DNA of 32,000 bases from Opitutales bacterium (lineage in GTDB: Bacteria > Verrucomicrobiota > Verrucomicrobiia > Opitutales > UBA9783): assembly GCA_046881885.1 (NCBI GenBank), contig JBKSMP010000024.1:60001-92000 (forward strand), given 5' to 3'. Below the pieces are notes generated by a model, which saw only the letters and a program-made list of their open reading frames with translations, did no database searches and was not told where the DNA came from. Both the position numbers and the translations under genes were made by a program. Position 1 is the first letter of the stretch. Each line of letters starts with the position of its first letter. This document shows positions 25,864 through 32,000 of this stretch, piece by piece.

Positions 25864-26048
25864 ATTTTTTCCTTCCTTGGTTTTAAATTTATAAGAGGGA
25901 AAAAGGATCAATTATTTTTTAACCTGTCAATCTATTTTTTATCAAAATTTGCAAGTTCAACTGTGAAGTGCAACACGAAGAGTAAAAAGGTTGAGAAAAG
26001 CAAGAAGAGATGTGAAGATAACATAAAAAAGAAACATATACCCCAAAT

Positions 26049-26846
26049 TTATTTATTATCCACAACGCTATTTTTAAAACATCCAAAAAACTTTTGGACA
26101 TTCATTTTAAGTTGTTCACAACATTGCTCATAGGAAACATTTTTTATTTCAGCTAATTTTTCCACAACATAACGAACATATTCTGGAGAATTTGTTTTGC
26201 CACGGTATGGAACAGGCGCTAAATAAGGTGTATCTGTTTCTACAAAAATCCTATCCAAGGATGCCAATTGAGCTGTTTTGAGCGTAAATCCTGGCTTTTT
26301 AAACGTAAGAATTCCGGAATAAGATAAGTAACCACCTTGGGACAAAATCCATTCTGCTGCAGTTTCATCCTCAACAAAACAATGAAACATAACCCGCGAA
26401 AGATCTATCTTGGAATAAATAAGAATTTCTTTTAATATTGTAAATGCATCACGACAATGAATAACAACGGGCAAATTTTTCCGTTTTGCCAGTGCAAGTT
26501 GCCGTTCAAACACCTTCATTTGTAATTTCAAGGTTTGCGCATGTTTTATGTCAAAAATTCGATTAAAATCAAGACCTATTTCCCCCAGCGCAACTGCCCG
26601 ATCCAAATAATTTTCTAAACAAGCTAAATCGTCTTCCCACTGTTCCGTAATTTCTAAAGGATGAATTCCATAACAAACTTTTAATTGTGGAAATTGCGAC
26701 GCTAACTGAGCATAAAATGGCCAATCCTCCCTACACGGGCCCGAAGCTATCACACCACGTAAACCTTTTTCAGTCAGTGATGACAAAAATCTTACCACTC
26801 CCTCTTCACCTAAATGCTCCAAATGACAATGCGCGTCTATTAACAT
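26049..26846 (-). CDS. TatD family metal-dependent hydrolase (DNase)
   Basis: MLIDAHCHL, GEIGLD, PVVIHCRDA and FVETDTPYL blocks are typical of TatD/YcfH. Confidence 0.9.
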   Translation of the reverse strand: MLIDAHCHLEHLGEEGVVRFLSSLTEKGLRGVIASGPCREDWPFYAQLASQFPQLKVCYGIHPLEITEQWEDDLACLENYLDRAVALGEIGLDFNRIFDIKHAQTLKLQMKVFERQLALAKRKNLPVVIHCRDAFTILKEILIYSKIDLSRVMFHCFVEDETAAEWILSQGGYLSYSGILTFKKPGFTLKTAQLASLDRIFVETDTPYLAPVPYRGKTNSPEYVRYVVEKLAEIKNVSYEQCCEQLKMNVQKFFGCFKNSVVDNK

Positions 26847-26928
26847 CTTATCGAAGCTAAATTTAAACCAAATTTATCCAAGAAGAGTCAAGCAAAAACC
26901 TTTGTTGCCAAACATAGATAGAATGCCC

Positions 26929-27060
26929 CAAAAACAATAAAAAGGAGAATGCATTCTCCGTCTACGCCACCCTCCAGGCGAATTTAGCTTACTTGCCAAC
27001 GTTTCAACTTTTTTCGTACTTTTATGAAGCGAAACAATTTTTACCAATCACTTATCATCG
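26929..27060. repeat. Copy A of the conserved non-coding cassette-flank repeat (right-hand part)
   Basis: About 130 nt nearly identical to 28966-29097, with roughly one mismatch per 8-10 nt by eye. It includes the GGAGAATGCATTCTCC palindrome and ends in caatcacttatcatc, which supplies the last codons and stop of the adjacent ORF in both copies. Confidence 0.8.
26931..26959 (-). terminator. Rho-independent terminator within repeat copy A
   Basis: Palindrome ggagaatgcattctcc (26944-26959), followed on the minus strand by tttttattgttttt. Confidence 0.6.
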
Positions 27061-27244
27061 CTCGTGGCTTTGATGTCAAAACGGCTGCTTTTGTCATTCT
27101 TCAAAATCTTATCGATTTCAGGATTATTCAAAGTTAACGATTGAATGTGTGGCTGCCTTTTGAGCAAAACTTCAATAAGGAAATCAACTGCGGTTTCCCC
27201 TCTTCCGTTCCAAAGATTTTCTTAAAAACGAAATCTAATTTCAA
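27048..27244 (-). pseudogene. Rpn-family (PD-(D/E)XK nuclease / putative transposase, TIGR01784-like) N-terminal fragment, frameshifted and truncated
   Basis: Hand translation gives (TTG)KLDFVFKKIFGTEEGK.. in one frame and ..AVDFLIEVLLKRQPHIQSLTLNNPEIDKILKNDKSSRFDIKATSDDK* in another. Together they reproduce the family N-terminus (DfvFKkiFg...l.sfLn.iL.....i..v.l.n.e......dK.s.lDi.a). The remaining roughly 200 aa are missing. Confidence 0.6.
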
Positions 27245-27332
27245 GTTTCCATAGTCTATTCTTTATATCTTAGTCTACCTACTTTGCCTTTTCAACGTTT
27301 CTTGTAGAAATTCTCATGGCAAATGAAAATTT

Positions 27333-28328
27333 TCAAATCTTATTCAAAACGGAAACGATAATGCGTTTCATGGTTTCTTTTTCGTCCATTTTGCTTTCAG
27401 CGACAAGGAGCGTTAAGGCAAATAAGGTACCATCGTTTAAAACCGGAAGATTGTTTTTATAAAGGATACCATTTTTTTGTAAAAAGTATAAAAAACAAGC
27501 GGCTGCGATACGTTTATTACCATCGACAAAAGAATGATTTTTGACAATCAAATAAAGCAACATTGCGGCTTTTTCTTCAATCGATGGATAACATTCTTCA
27601 CCAAAAGCAGTTTGATAAATCTGCCGTACGGAACTATTAAAGCTTTCGTCCTTTGGGGCTCCAAATAAGTCGCTAGAAAAACGCGAACGCATGCTTTTAA
27701 CAACCGACAAGAATTCTTCTGGCTCAATAACAACGGCGTTTTTTATAGTAATTCCTTTATCGTTGAGCTGCTTATGGTCGTAATCATCCAACAAATCTAG
27801 GTCGTTTGCAAAATCCTTTAAAAAATCATAGAGCTTTTGTTTATCTTCTAATGAAAGATTCGTTTGACGCTCAATTAACTGAATTGCTGTTTTTAAAGCC
27901 AAAAAATTCTTTTTTTGCTGCTTAAGTGCTTGCTGGTTGAGTACATAACCTTGCTTTAAATACTGCTTTAAAACATCCGTTGCCCACTGACGAAATTGGG
28001 TCGCTTTCTTCGAATTAACCCGGTAACCAACCGCAATAATCGCATCTAGATTATAAAATTTTGTATGATAATTTTTACCATCAGAAGCAGGTGTCAAGAA
28101 ATCCTTTACAACTAAATTTTCTGTCAATTCTTTTTCCACAAAAATATTACGTAAATGTTGACTAATGTTCTGTTTGGTTGTCGCAAATAACTCCGCAATT
28201 TGGTTTTGTTTCAACCAGATTGTTTCCTGTTGAAACCGAGCGTTGATGCTAATTTTCCCATCTTCTTCTTTATAAATAACAATGTCGCTTTTTGTTTCCA
28301 TGCACTCTATATTAGTAAATTTATACAA
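27333..28328 (-). CDS. RhuM-family N-terminal domain fused to a Fic/Doc domain protein
   Basis: The N-terminal half KSDIVIYKEEDGKISINARFQQETIWLKQNQIAELF..TKQNISQHLRNIF...YNLDAIIAVGYRVNSKKATQFRQWAT is the RhuM signature. The C-terminal EEKAAMLLYLIVKNHSFVDGNKRIAAACFLYFL is the Doc-type Fic motif H-x-F-x-D-G-N-K-R. Confidence 0.8.
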   Translation of the reverse strand: MYKFTNIECMETKSDIVIYKEEDGKISINARFQQETIWLKQNQIAELFATTKQNISQHLRNIFVEKELTENLVVKDFLTPASDGKNYHTKFYNLDAIIAVGYRVNSKKATQFRQWATDVLKQYLKQGYVLNQQALKQQKKNFLALKTAIQLIERQTNLSLEDKQKLYDFLKDFANDLDLLDDYDHKQLNDKGITIKNAVVIEPEEFLSVVKSMRSRFSSDLFGAPKDESFNSSVRQIYQTAFGEECYPSIEEKAAMLLYLIVKNHSFVDGNKRIAAACFLYFLQKNGILYKNNLPVLNDGTLFALTLLVAESKMDEKETMKRIIVSVLNKI

Positions 28329-28363
28329 AATCAGTTTAAAAGTCTTTTTATAAGCAATAGTTG

Positions 28364-28612
28364 TTATTCATAATGTCCCCAACACTTAAGAAGCCTGATT
28401 GTATCACCTTTAATTTCATAAACCAATCTATGTTGTACATTGATTCTTCTAGAATATCTTGATGGGTGGCCGGCAAGCTTTTCATAAGGCGGAGGTATTT
28501 GATAAGGATCTTTTTTTATAATATGTAAAAGATTTTCTAGTTTGTTTGTAAAGCCAGCTTGTTTTGCTTTGATGAAATCTTTTTTGAATACACTTCCAAA
28601 GTTTATGATCAT
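28364..28612 (-). CDS. YoeB/Txe family type II toxin
   Basis: PYEKLAGHPSRYSRRINVQHRLVYEIKGDTIRLLKCWGHYE matches the YoeB C-terminal signature (ySrRI...HRLvY.....i.i..c.gHY). 4-nt overlap with the upstream antitoxin. Confidence 0.8.
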   Translation of the reverse strand: MIINFGSVFKKDFIKAKQAGFTNKLENLLHIIKKDPYQIPPPYEKLAGHPSRYSRRINVQHRLVYEIKGDTIRLLKCWGHYE

Positions 28613-28857
28613 AAATTTAAATCATTAATCATTTCATCAACATTATCGTAAGATTTAGCCTTACCGCTAGCGATTTCCCTGTCTAACTGTTCACTTACGG
28701 CATTAAGTTCTTCTATTGGATAAACATGATTTTCCTCATCGTTATATATTTTGCTTTCAATATAACGACTAACACTTAATTGCCTTTTTTTTGCTTCACG
28801 TTTTACAAATTCTTTAACACAAGGTCTTACTGTAATACATAATTGTACGGTTGCCAT
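28609..28857 (-). CDS. Ribbon-helix-helix type antitoxin
   Basis: The N-terminal beta strand plus two helices (VQLCITVRPCVKEFVKREAKKRQLSVSRYIESKI) and an acidic C-terminal tail, with position and overlap relative to the toxin. Paralogous to 29326-29583. Confidence 0.65.
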   Translation of the reverse strand: MATVQLCITVRPCVKEFVKREAKKRQLSVSRYIESKIYNDEENHVYPIEELNAVSEQLDREIASGKAKSYDNVDEMINDLNL

Positions 28858-28912
28858 AATATAATAAGAATATAATTATATTATAAAGTCAATATGGAAA
28901 TTCATTAAAAAA

Positions 28913-29097
28913 CCTTCCAGCGCTTATATAACCTAGAAAAATAAAGGGTAAAAAACCACCCCATAAAAAACAACAAAAAGGAGAATGCATTCTCCGTCTA
29001 CACCACCCTCCAGGCAAATTTAGCTTGCTTGCCAACGTTTCAACTTTTTTCGGAGTTTTATTGTGCACAACAACTTTTCCCAATCACTTATCATCAT
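28913..29097. repeat. Copy B (full length) of the conserved non-coding cassette-flank repeat
   Basis: The left part (28913-28979) matches 29679-29752. The right part (28966-29097) matches 26929-27060. It contains the GGAGAATGCATTCTCC palindrome at 28980-28995. Confidence 0.8.
28964..28995 (-). terminator. Rho-independent terminator within repeat copy B
   Basis: Palindrome ggagaatgcattctcc, followed on the minus strand by tttttgttgtttttt. It lies about 90 nt downstream of the toxin stop at 29084. Confidence 0.6.
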
Positions 29098-29326
29098 AGT
29101 GGCCGCGACAGGAGATTAATACAATTAAATCATCAAACCGATCATAAATAAGTCGATTTTTGCGATCAATTCTTGCGGAATATCGCTTAGGGGCATATTT
29201 TAATTTTTCGCCTTTATTAAAAATAAAAGTACGATCCGTAACAATATTTTCTATAATACGCTTTACTTTTTTATAAAGCGCTGGCGAATTTTTTAACAAC
29301 CAGGAATAATTGTTCAACAAATTCAT
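29084..29326 (-). CDS. YoeB/Txe-like type II toxin (second, divergent copy)
   Basis: YSWLL....YKKVKRIIENI...GEKLKYAPKRYSARIDRKNRLIYDRFDDLIVLISCRGHY follows the YoeB pattern. 1-nt stop/start overlap with the antitoxin. Confidence 0.7.
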   Translation of the reverse strand: MNLLNNYSWLLKNSPALYKKVKRIIENIVTDRTFIFNKGEKLKYAPKRYSARIDRKNRLIYDRFDDLIVLISCRGHYDDK

Positions 29327-29583
29327 CAGATCTTTTTAATTTCATGATCTAAATCTGAAAAAAATTCATCTAAATTATCGTAAGTTTTATTATTAGGATC
29401 CTCTAGCGTTTTTTGAGAAATACGGTCGGCTTCCGCCTTGGTAATTACGAAATTTTCTTCCATATCTTTTTCTATCAGTCGAGCCACATAACCTGAGTAC
29501 GATAATTGTTTTTGTTTTGCTTTCATTTTTATCCACTCAAATAAATTGGGCTTCAGATTTACGGACATTTGCAAGGCTTTCAT
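29326..29583 (-). CDS. Ribbon-helix-helix type antitoxin (second copy)
   Basis: LQMSVNLKPNLFEWIKMKAKQKQLSYSGYVARLIEKD plus the ..KTYDNLDEFFSDL tail, alignable with the 28609-28857 product at motif level. Confidence 0.6.
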   Translation of the reverse strand: MKALQMSVNLKPNLFEWIKMKAKQKQLSYSGYVARLIEKDMEENFVITKAEADRISQKTLEDPNNKTYDNLDEFFSDLDHEIKKI

Positions 29584-29589
29584 ACATTA

Positions 29590-29619
29590 CTTATACTGTA
29601 TTTATACATTACTTGTCAA
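29590..29619 (-). promoter_or_regulatory. Sigma-70-like promoter giving an essentially leaderless antitoxin mRNA
   Basis: On the minus strand: TTGACA (29619-29614), an 18-nt spacer, and TATAAG (29595-29590), then 6 nt to the ATG at 29583. No Shine-Dalgarno sequence. Confidence 0.45.
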
Positions 29620-29678
29620 GTGAAAACGGCATTTACACTTTTTTAATTTAATAATCTCCACCTAATCCAAGCAAACAT

Positions 29679-29768
29679 CCTTCCACACTCCAGCGCTTAT
29701 ATAACCTAGAAGAATAAAGGGTAAAAAAAGCCCCCACTAAAAACAATAAAAAGGAGAATGCCTTCTCC
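29679..29768. repeat. Copy C of the cassette-flank repeat (left-hand part plus hairpin)
   Basis: ccttcc..agcgcttatataacctagaagaataaagggtaaaaaaa...aaaaacaataaaaaggagaatgccttctcc aligns with 28913-28995. Confidence 0.75.
29739..29768 (-). terminator. Rho-independent terminator of the pseudopilin gene (within repeat copy C)
   Basis: ggagaa-tgcc-ttctcc, followed on the minus strand by tttttattgttttt, 29 nt after the stop at 29797. Confidence 0.6.
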
Positions 29769-29796
29769 TTTTCTCTCTATAAAAATTCTCTCTAGA

Positions 29797-30309
29797 TTAC
29801 AAACGGAGTTTTACCCAACGAGTACCAACTTTTATAAACAAACCTTGTGTATCTTCTGTTAATATTGAGTCTCCTTGAGCGTTTTTTAGTTCTTGGTCGT
29901 CACCACCCTCCATTTCATTAGTTGTAAATGTGCTGATTGTAATCGCACCTTCTTGCTTAGAATCATCTGAAACGTATATACCTATCTCATCATAGTTTTC
30001 TTCAGCAATCTGTTGAATAACACTTGTATAACCTTCGTTAGTTCCTTTTACTACCCCTGTTTTAGGCTTCCAAGCAACAATATCCGTTGCTTTAACTGAA
30101 GTTACCCCATTTTCAAGCATATACTGCTGAGCAGCACCCCAGACCTGGCGCAAATTATTTCTAATAGAAGTTTCCAGAGCCTTCCAACGTGCTCTTTGGA
30201 ACGCTGGCACGGCGAGAGACGCCAAAATACCGATGATCGTTACCACGATCATAATTTCAACAAGTGTAAAACCGAGAATCTTTTTTTGTAATCCTTTTTT
30301 CATATGCAT
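29797..30309 (-). CDS. Prepilin-type N-terminal cleavage/methylation domain protein (GspG/pseudopilin-like)
   Basis: KKILGFTLVEIMIVVTIIGILASLAVPAFQRAR is a canonical class III signal plus the pilin N-terminal helix. Confidence 0.85.
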   Translation of the reverse strand: MHMKKGLQKKILGFTLVEIMIVVTIIGILASLAVPAFQRARWKALETSIRNNLRQVWGAAQQYMLENGVTSVKATDIVAWKPKTGVVKGTNEGYTSVIQQIAEENYDEIGIYVSDDSKQEGAITISTFTTNEMEGGDDQELKNAQGDSILTEDTQGLFIKVGTRWVKLRL

Positions 30310-30434
30310 AGGTTAATTGTATAACATCCAATTTCTTTTTGCAACTACTTTTTTTATTTTGCAGTAGATTTTTTACTTAGGAGAGAACTTTTTGTAAAAA
30401 GTCCCATCCCAACCTCCTTCAAAAATTTTTACCT

Positions 30435-30457
30435 ATTGCGCAACATTGTTGCGCAAT
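30435..30457. promoter_or_regulatory. Perfect 10-bp-arm inverted repeat (attgcgcaac-att-gttgcgcaat): operator or attenuator/terminator hairpin
   Basis: Read directly from the sequence. It lies between the MBL hydrolase stop (30506) and the pseudopilin start (30309). No clean U-tract follows on either strand. Confidence 0.3.
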
Positions 30458-30505
30458 GAACAAAACATTTTAAGGGAGCTTGAGGGATTTTTTATAAAAA
30501 ATCTC

Positions 30506-31126
30506 TCAATTCAAAAAACGAAAATTCGAACGTTCTTGGGCTAAGGTTGTTTGTGGGCCATGTCCTGGATAAACAAGGGTAGCTGGTGGTAAAACTTGAA
30601 ATAACTTTTGAAGTGATTCTCGAAGTACTTTTGAGCTTCCACCATACAAATCCGTTCGACCAAAACCGTTTCTAAACAAGGTATCCCCTACAAAAATGCG
30701 ACCATTGGCCTCATCATAAATACCGATTTGACCCTCCGTATGTCCAGGAATCGGAAGCACTTTCATTTTCAAATTACCTAATTGAATCTCTGTTTCTTCC
30801 TTTAAATAAACATCCGGCTTAAAAGAGACAAAAGTATAAGACGGTGGCGTAATAAGCCGCTGATGATCCGGATTTAACCAATACGAATCCGCTTCAGGAA
30901 AATAAATTTTTGCCGACAACTTCTCTTTAAACAAATGCGCATCACCAATATGATCCCAATGTCCATGCGTTAAAAACAAATGGATCGTATAACCTTTTAC
31001 TTTCGATTCTAATTGGGAAAAACTATCGGGCGCCGCATCAATAAGAATAGCCACCTTCTCTTTTTCCTGCAAGATTAAGTAAACTTGCGTACCATAAGGA
31101 CCACAGGTAAAAACGTCTAACATCAT
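30506..31126 (-). CDS. MBL-fold metallo-hydrolase (GloB/hydroxyacylglutathione hydrolase-like)
   Basis: LTHGHWDHIGD (HxHxDH), PGHTEG, GDTLF and PGHG ligand blocks. 206 aa. Confidence 0.8.
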   Translation of the reverse strand: MMLDVFTCGPYGTQVYLILQEKEKVAILIDAAPDSFSQLESKVKGYTIHLFLTHGHWDHIGDAHLFKEKLSAKIYFPEADSYWLNPDHQRLITPPSYTFVSFKPDVYLKEETEIQLGNLKMKVLPIPGHTEGQIGIYDEANGRIFVGDTLFRNGFGRTDLYGGSSKVLRESLQKLFQVLPPATLVYPGHGPQTTLAQERSNFRFLN

Positions 31127-32000
31127 TCACACCTCATACAAACCATCGTTCCGGCGAACAATCCACCGATTCAATTCCAAAGCAAATAAAACTTGCTGCA
31201 CGACTTCCGCTGACAAATTACAGCTTTCACAAATCGCAGAGCTACTCAACGGATTTTTAGCGCGAATACACTCATAAACTTGCAACTCAAGCCCGTAAAG
31301 CTCCGGTGTATGTTCTCGCTGCAATGCTTGCATCTTGGGTTCAAAATCAAGCCTCAAATCAAGCGGTAAAGCCGTCTTTAAATCCTCAACAATATCTTCC
31401 ACACACGTCACTAAAGTCGCCCCATTACGAATCAATTGATGGCATCCACGGCTCATTTCTGAATCAATTCTGCCCGGAACCGCAAACACCTGTCGATTTT
31501 GCTCCGTCGCGAAATTAGCTGTCAACAAACTACCACCCTTTAAATCCGACTCCACAACCAAAGTTGCTTGACTCATTCCCGACAAAATACGATTGCGTCG
31601 CGGAAAGGTCATGCGATCTGCACGAGAGCCCAAAGGAAATTCCGAAATTAAACAGCCTTCTTCCTTCAATTGATTATAAAGAGCAGCGTTTTCAGGCGGA
31701 TAAACTCGATCAATCGAACAACCTAAAACCCCTGCCGTCTCTCCATGAACCCGCAAAACACCTCGATGTGCAGCCGTATCAATCCCACGGGCAAAACCGC
31801 TTACAACACACCAGCCACGTTCCGCCAACTCACTTCCAAAACGCTCTGCCAGCTGCAAGCCATAAACACTTGCGTAACGACATCCAACAATCGCTATCGT
31901 GTTTGTAACCGGCCGCAATTTTCCTAAATAATACAACCCTATCGGAGGATCGTAAATCGTTTTCAATAAAGGAGGATAATCAGGGTGCTCAAAAGAAATA
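31127..32000 (-). CDS. dprA: DNA processing protein DprA, 5' end beyond the window
   Basis: GFARGIDTAAHRG, VLGCSIDRVYP and the C-terminal winged-helix region. The frame stays open upstream of the TTG at 31966 (..ISFEHPDYPPLLKTIYDPP, a conserved DprA block), so the gene continues past position 32000. Confidence 0.9.
   Translation of the reverse strand, partial: ISFEHPDYPPLLKTIYDPPIGLYYLGKLRPVTNTIAIVGCRYASVYGLQLAERFGSELAERGWCVVSGFARGIDTAAHRGVLRVHGETAGVLGCSIDRVYPPENAALYNQLKEEGCLISEFPLGSRADRMTFPRRNRILSGMSQATLVVESDLKGGSLLTANFATEQNRQVFAVPGRIDSEMSRGCHQLIRNGATLVTCVEDIVEDLKTALPLDLRLDFEPKMQALQREHTPELYGLELQVYECIRAKNPLSSSAICESCNLSAEVVQQVLFALELNRWIVRRNDGLYEV

Noticed and set aside
25919-26101. 60-aa ORF spanning the tatD stop and the OTU-gene promoter region.
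   Set aside because: It overlaps the tatD 3' end out of frame and has a Cys/Ser/Phe-rich composition typical of AT-rich noise. No start context.
28889-29083. 64-aa ORF from the track (MGKVVVHNKTPKK...).
   Set aside because: It lies entirely within the conserved non-coding repeat and reads through the terminator palindrome. It has no RBS, and the homologous copy A (26929-27060) does not keep the frame. I treat it as spurious.
26944-29768. Three copies of a palindromic repeat considered as a CRISPR array or canonical integron attC sites.
   Set aside because: - The copies are 0.8-2 kb apart and separated by genes, not 25-40-nt spacers, so this is not CRISPR.
- No intI gene is present, and no R''/R' core-site pair was recognisable, so I do not call an integron.
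- It is reported only as cassette-like architecture.
73-31927. Many 60-130-aa track ORFs nested in or antisense to long genes. Examples: 73-264, 279-509, 1427-1615, 2296-2547, 3097-3492, 4213-4503, 5950-6135, 6079-6270, 8631-9089, 9262-9575, 10403-10588, 10877-11143, 11371-11562, 11880-12358, 13212-13421, 13452-13922, 14463-14651, 14847-15071, 16236-16562, 21451-21984, 22887-23120, 24169-25105, 27548-27733, 31306-31927.
   Set aside because: Each overlaps a longer ORF that has clear family motifs. Their translations are low-complexity or biased, with no recognisable domains or start signals.

Overview
Low-GC bacterial chromosomal segment with about 35 credible protein genes. I saw no rRNA, tRNA or CRISPR array by eye. 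All domain calls come from motif recognition by eye, not database searches, and identity and composition statements are visual estimates.

Housekeeping backbone:
- accD, a comF-family gene and an exoD-like gene.
- A tightly coupled trxB / mcsA-like / relE-fold / pssA / yraN operon.
- A DJ-1 / M42 peptidase / PpiD-like / NYN operon.
- Two MBL-fold hydrolases, an rfaE2-type adenylyltransferase, and an ABC ATPase with its binding protein.
- tatD, and dprA, which runs off the 3' window edge.

Two orphan prepilin-type (GFTLVE) pseudopilin genes and a giant Asn/Tyr-rich ORF suggest a PVC-type (Verrucomicrobia-like) organism. This is inference only.

Two accessory patches stand out.

(1) About 20.2-26.0 kb is a visibly more AT-rich block that begins at a 5'-truncated serine-recombinase remnant.
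- It carries two large proteins with C-terminal OTU (DGNC...H) cysteine-protease signatures.
- One is fused to an HExxH zincin module, and its signal-peptide leader sits one frame off across an A6 tract.
- The other is preceded by an F-box-like motif.
- The block also holds a small secreted Cys-rich protein.
- A third HExxH paralogue lies at 14.0-15.4 kb.
- These look like eukaryote-directed (ubiquitin pathway) effectors, which implies a host-associated lifestyle.

(2) About 26.9-29.8 kb is an addiction/defence islet.
- It contains a frameshifted Rpn-family nuclease fragment, a RhuM-Doc/Fic fusion, and two RHH-YoeB toxin-antitoxin cassettes.
- The divergent cassettes are bracketed by three copies of a well conserved non-coding repeat that carries a palindromic terminator hairpin.
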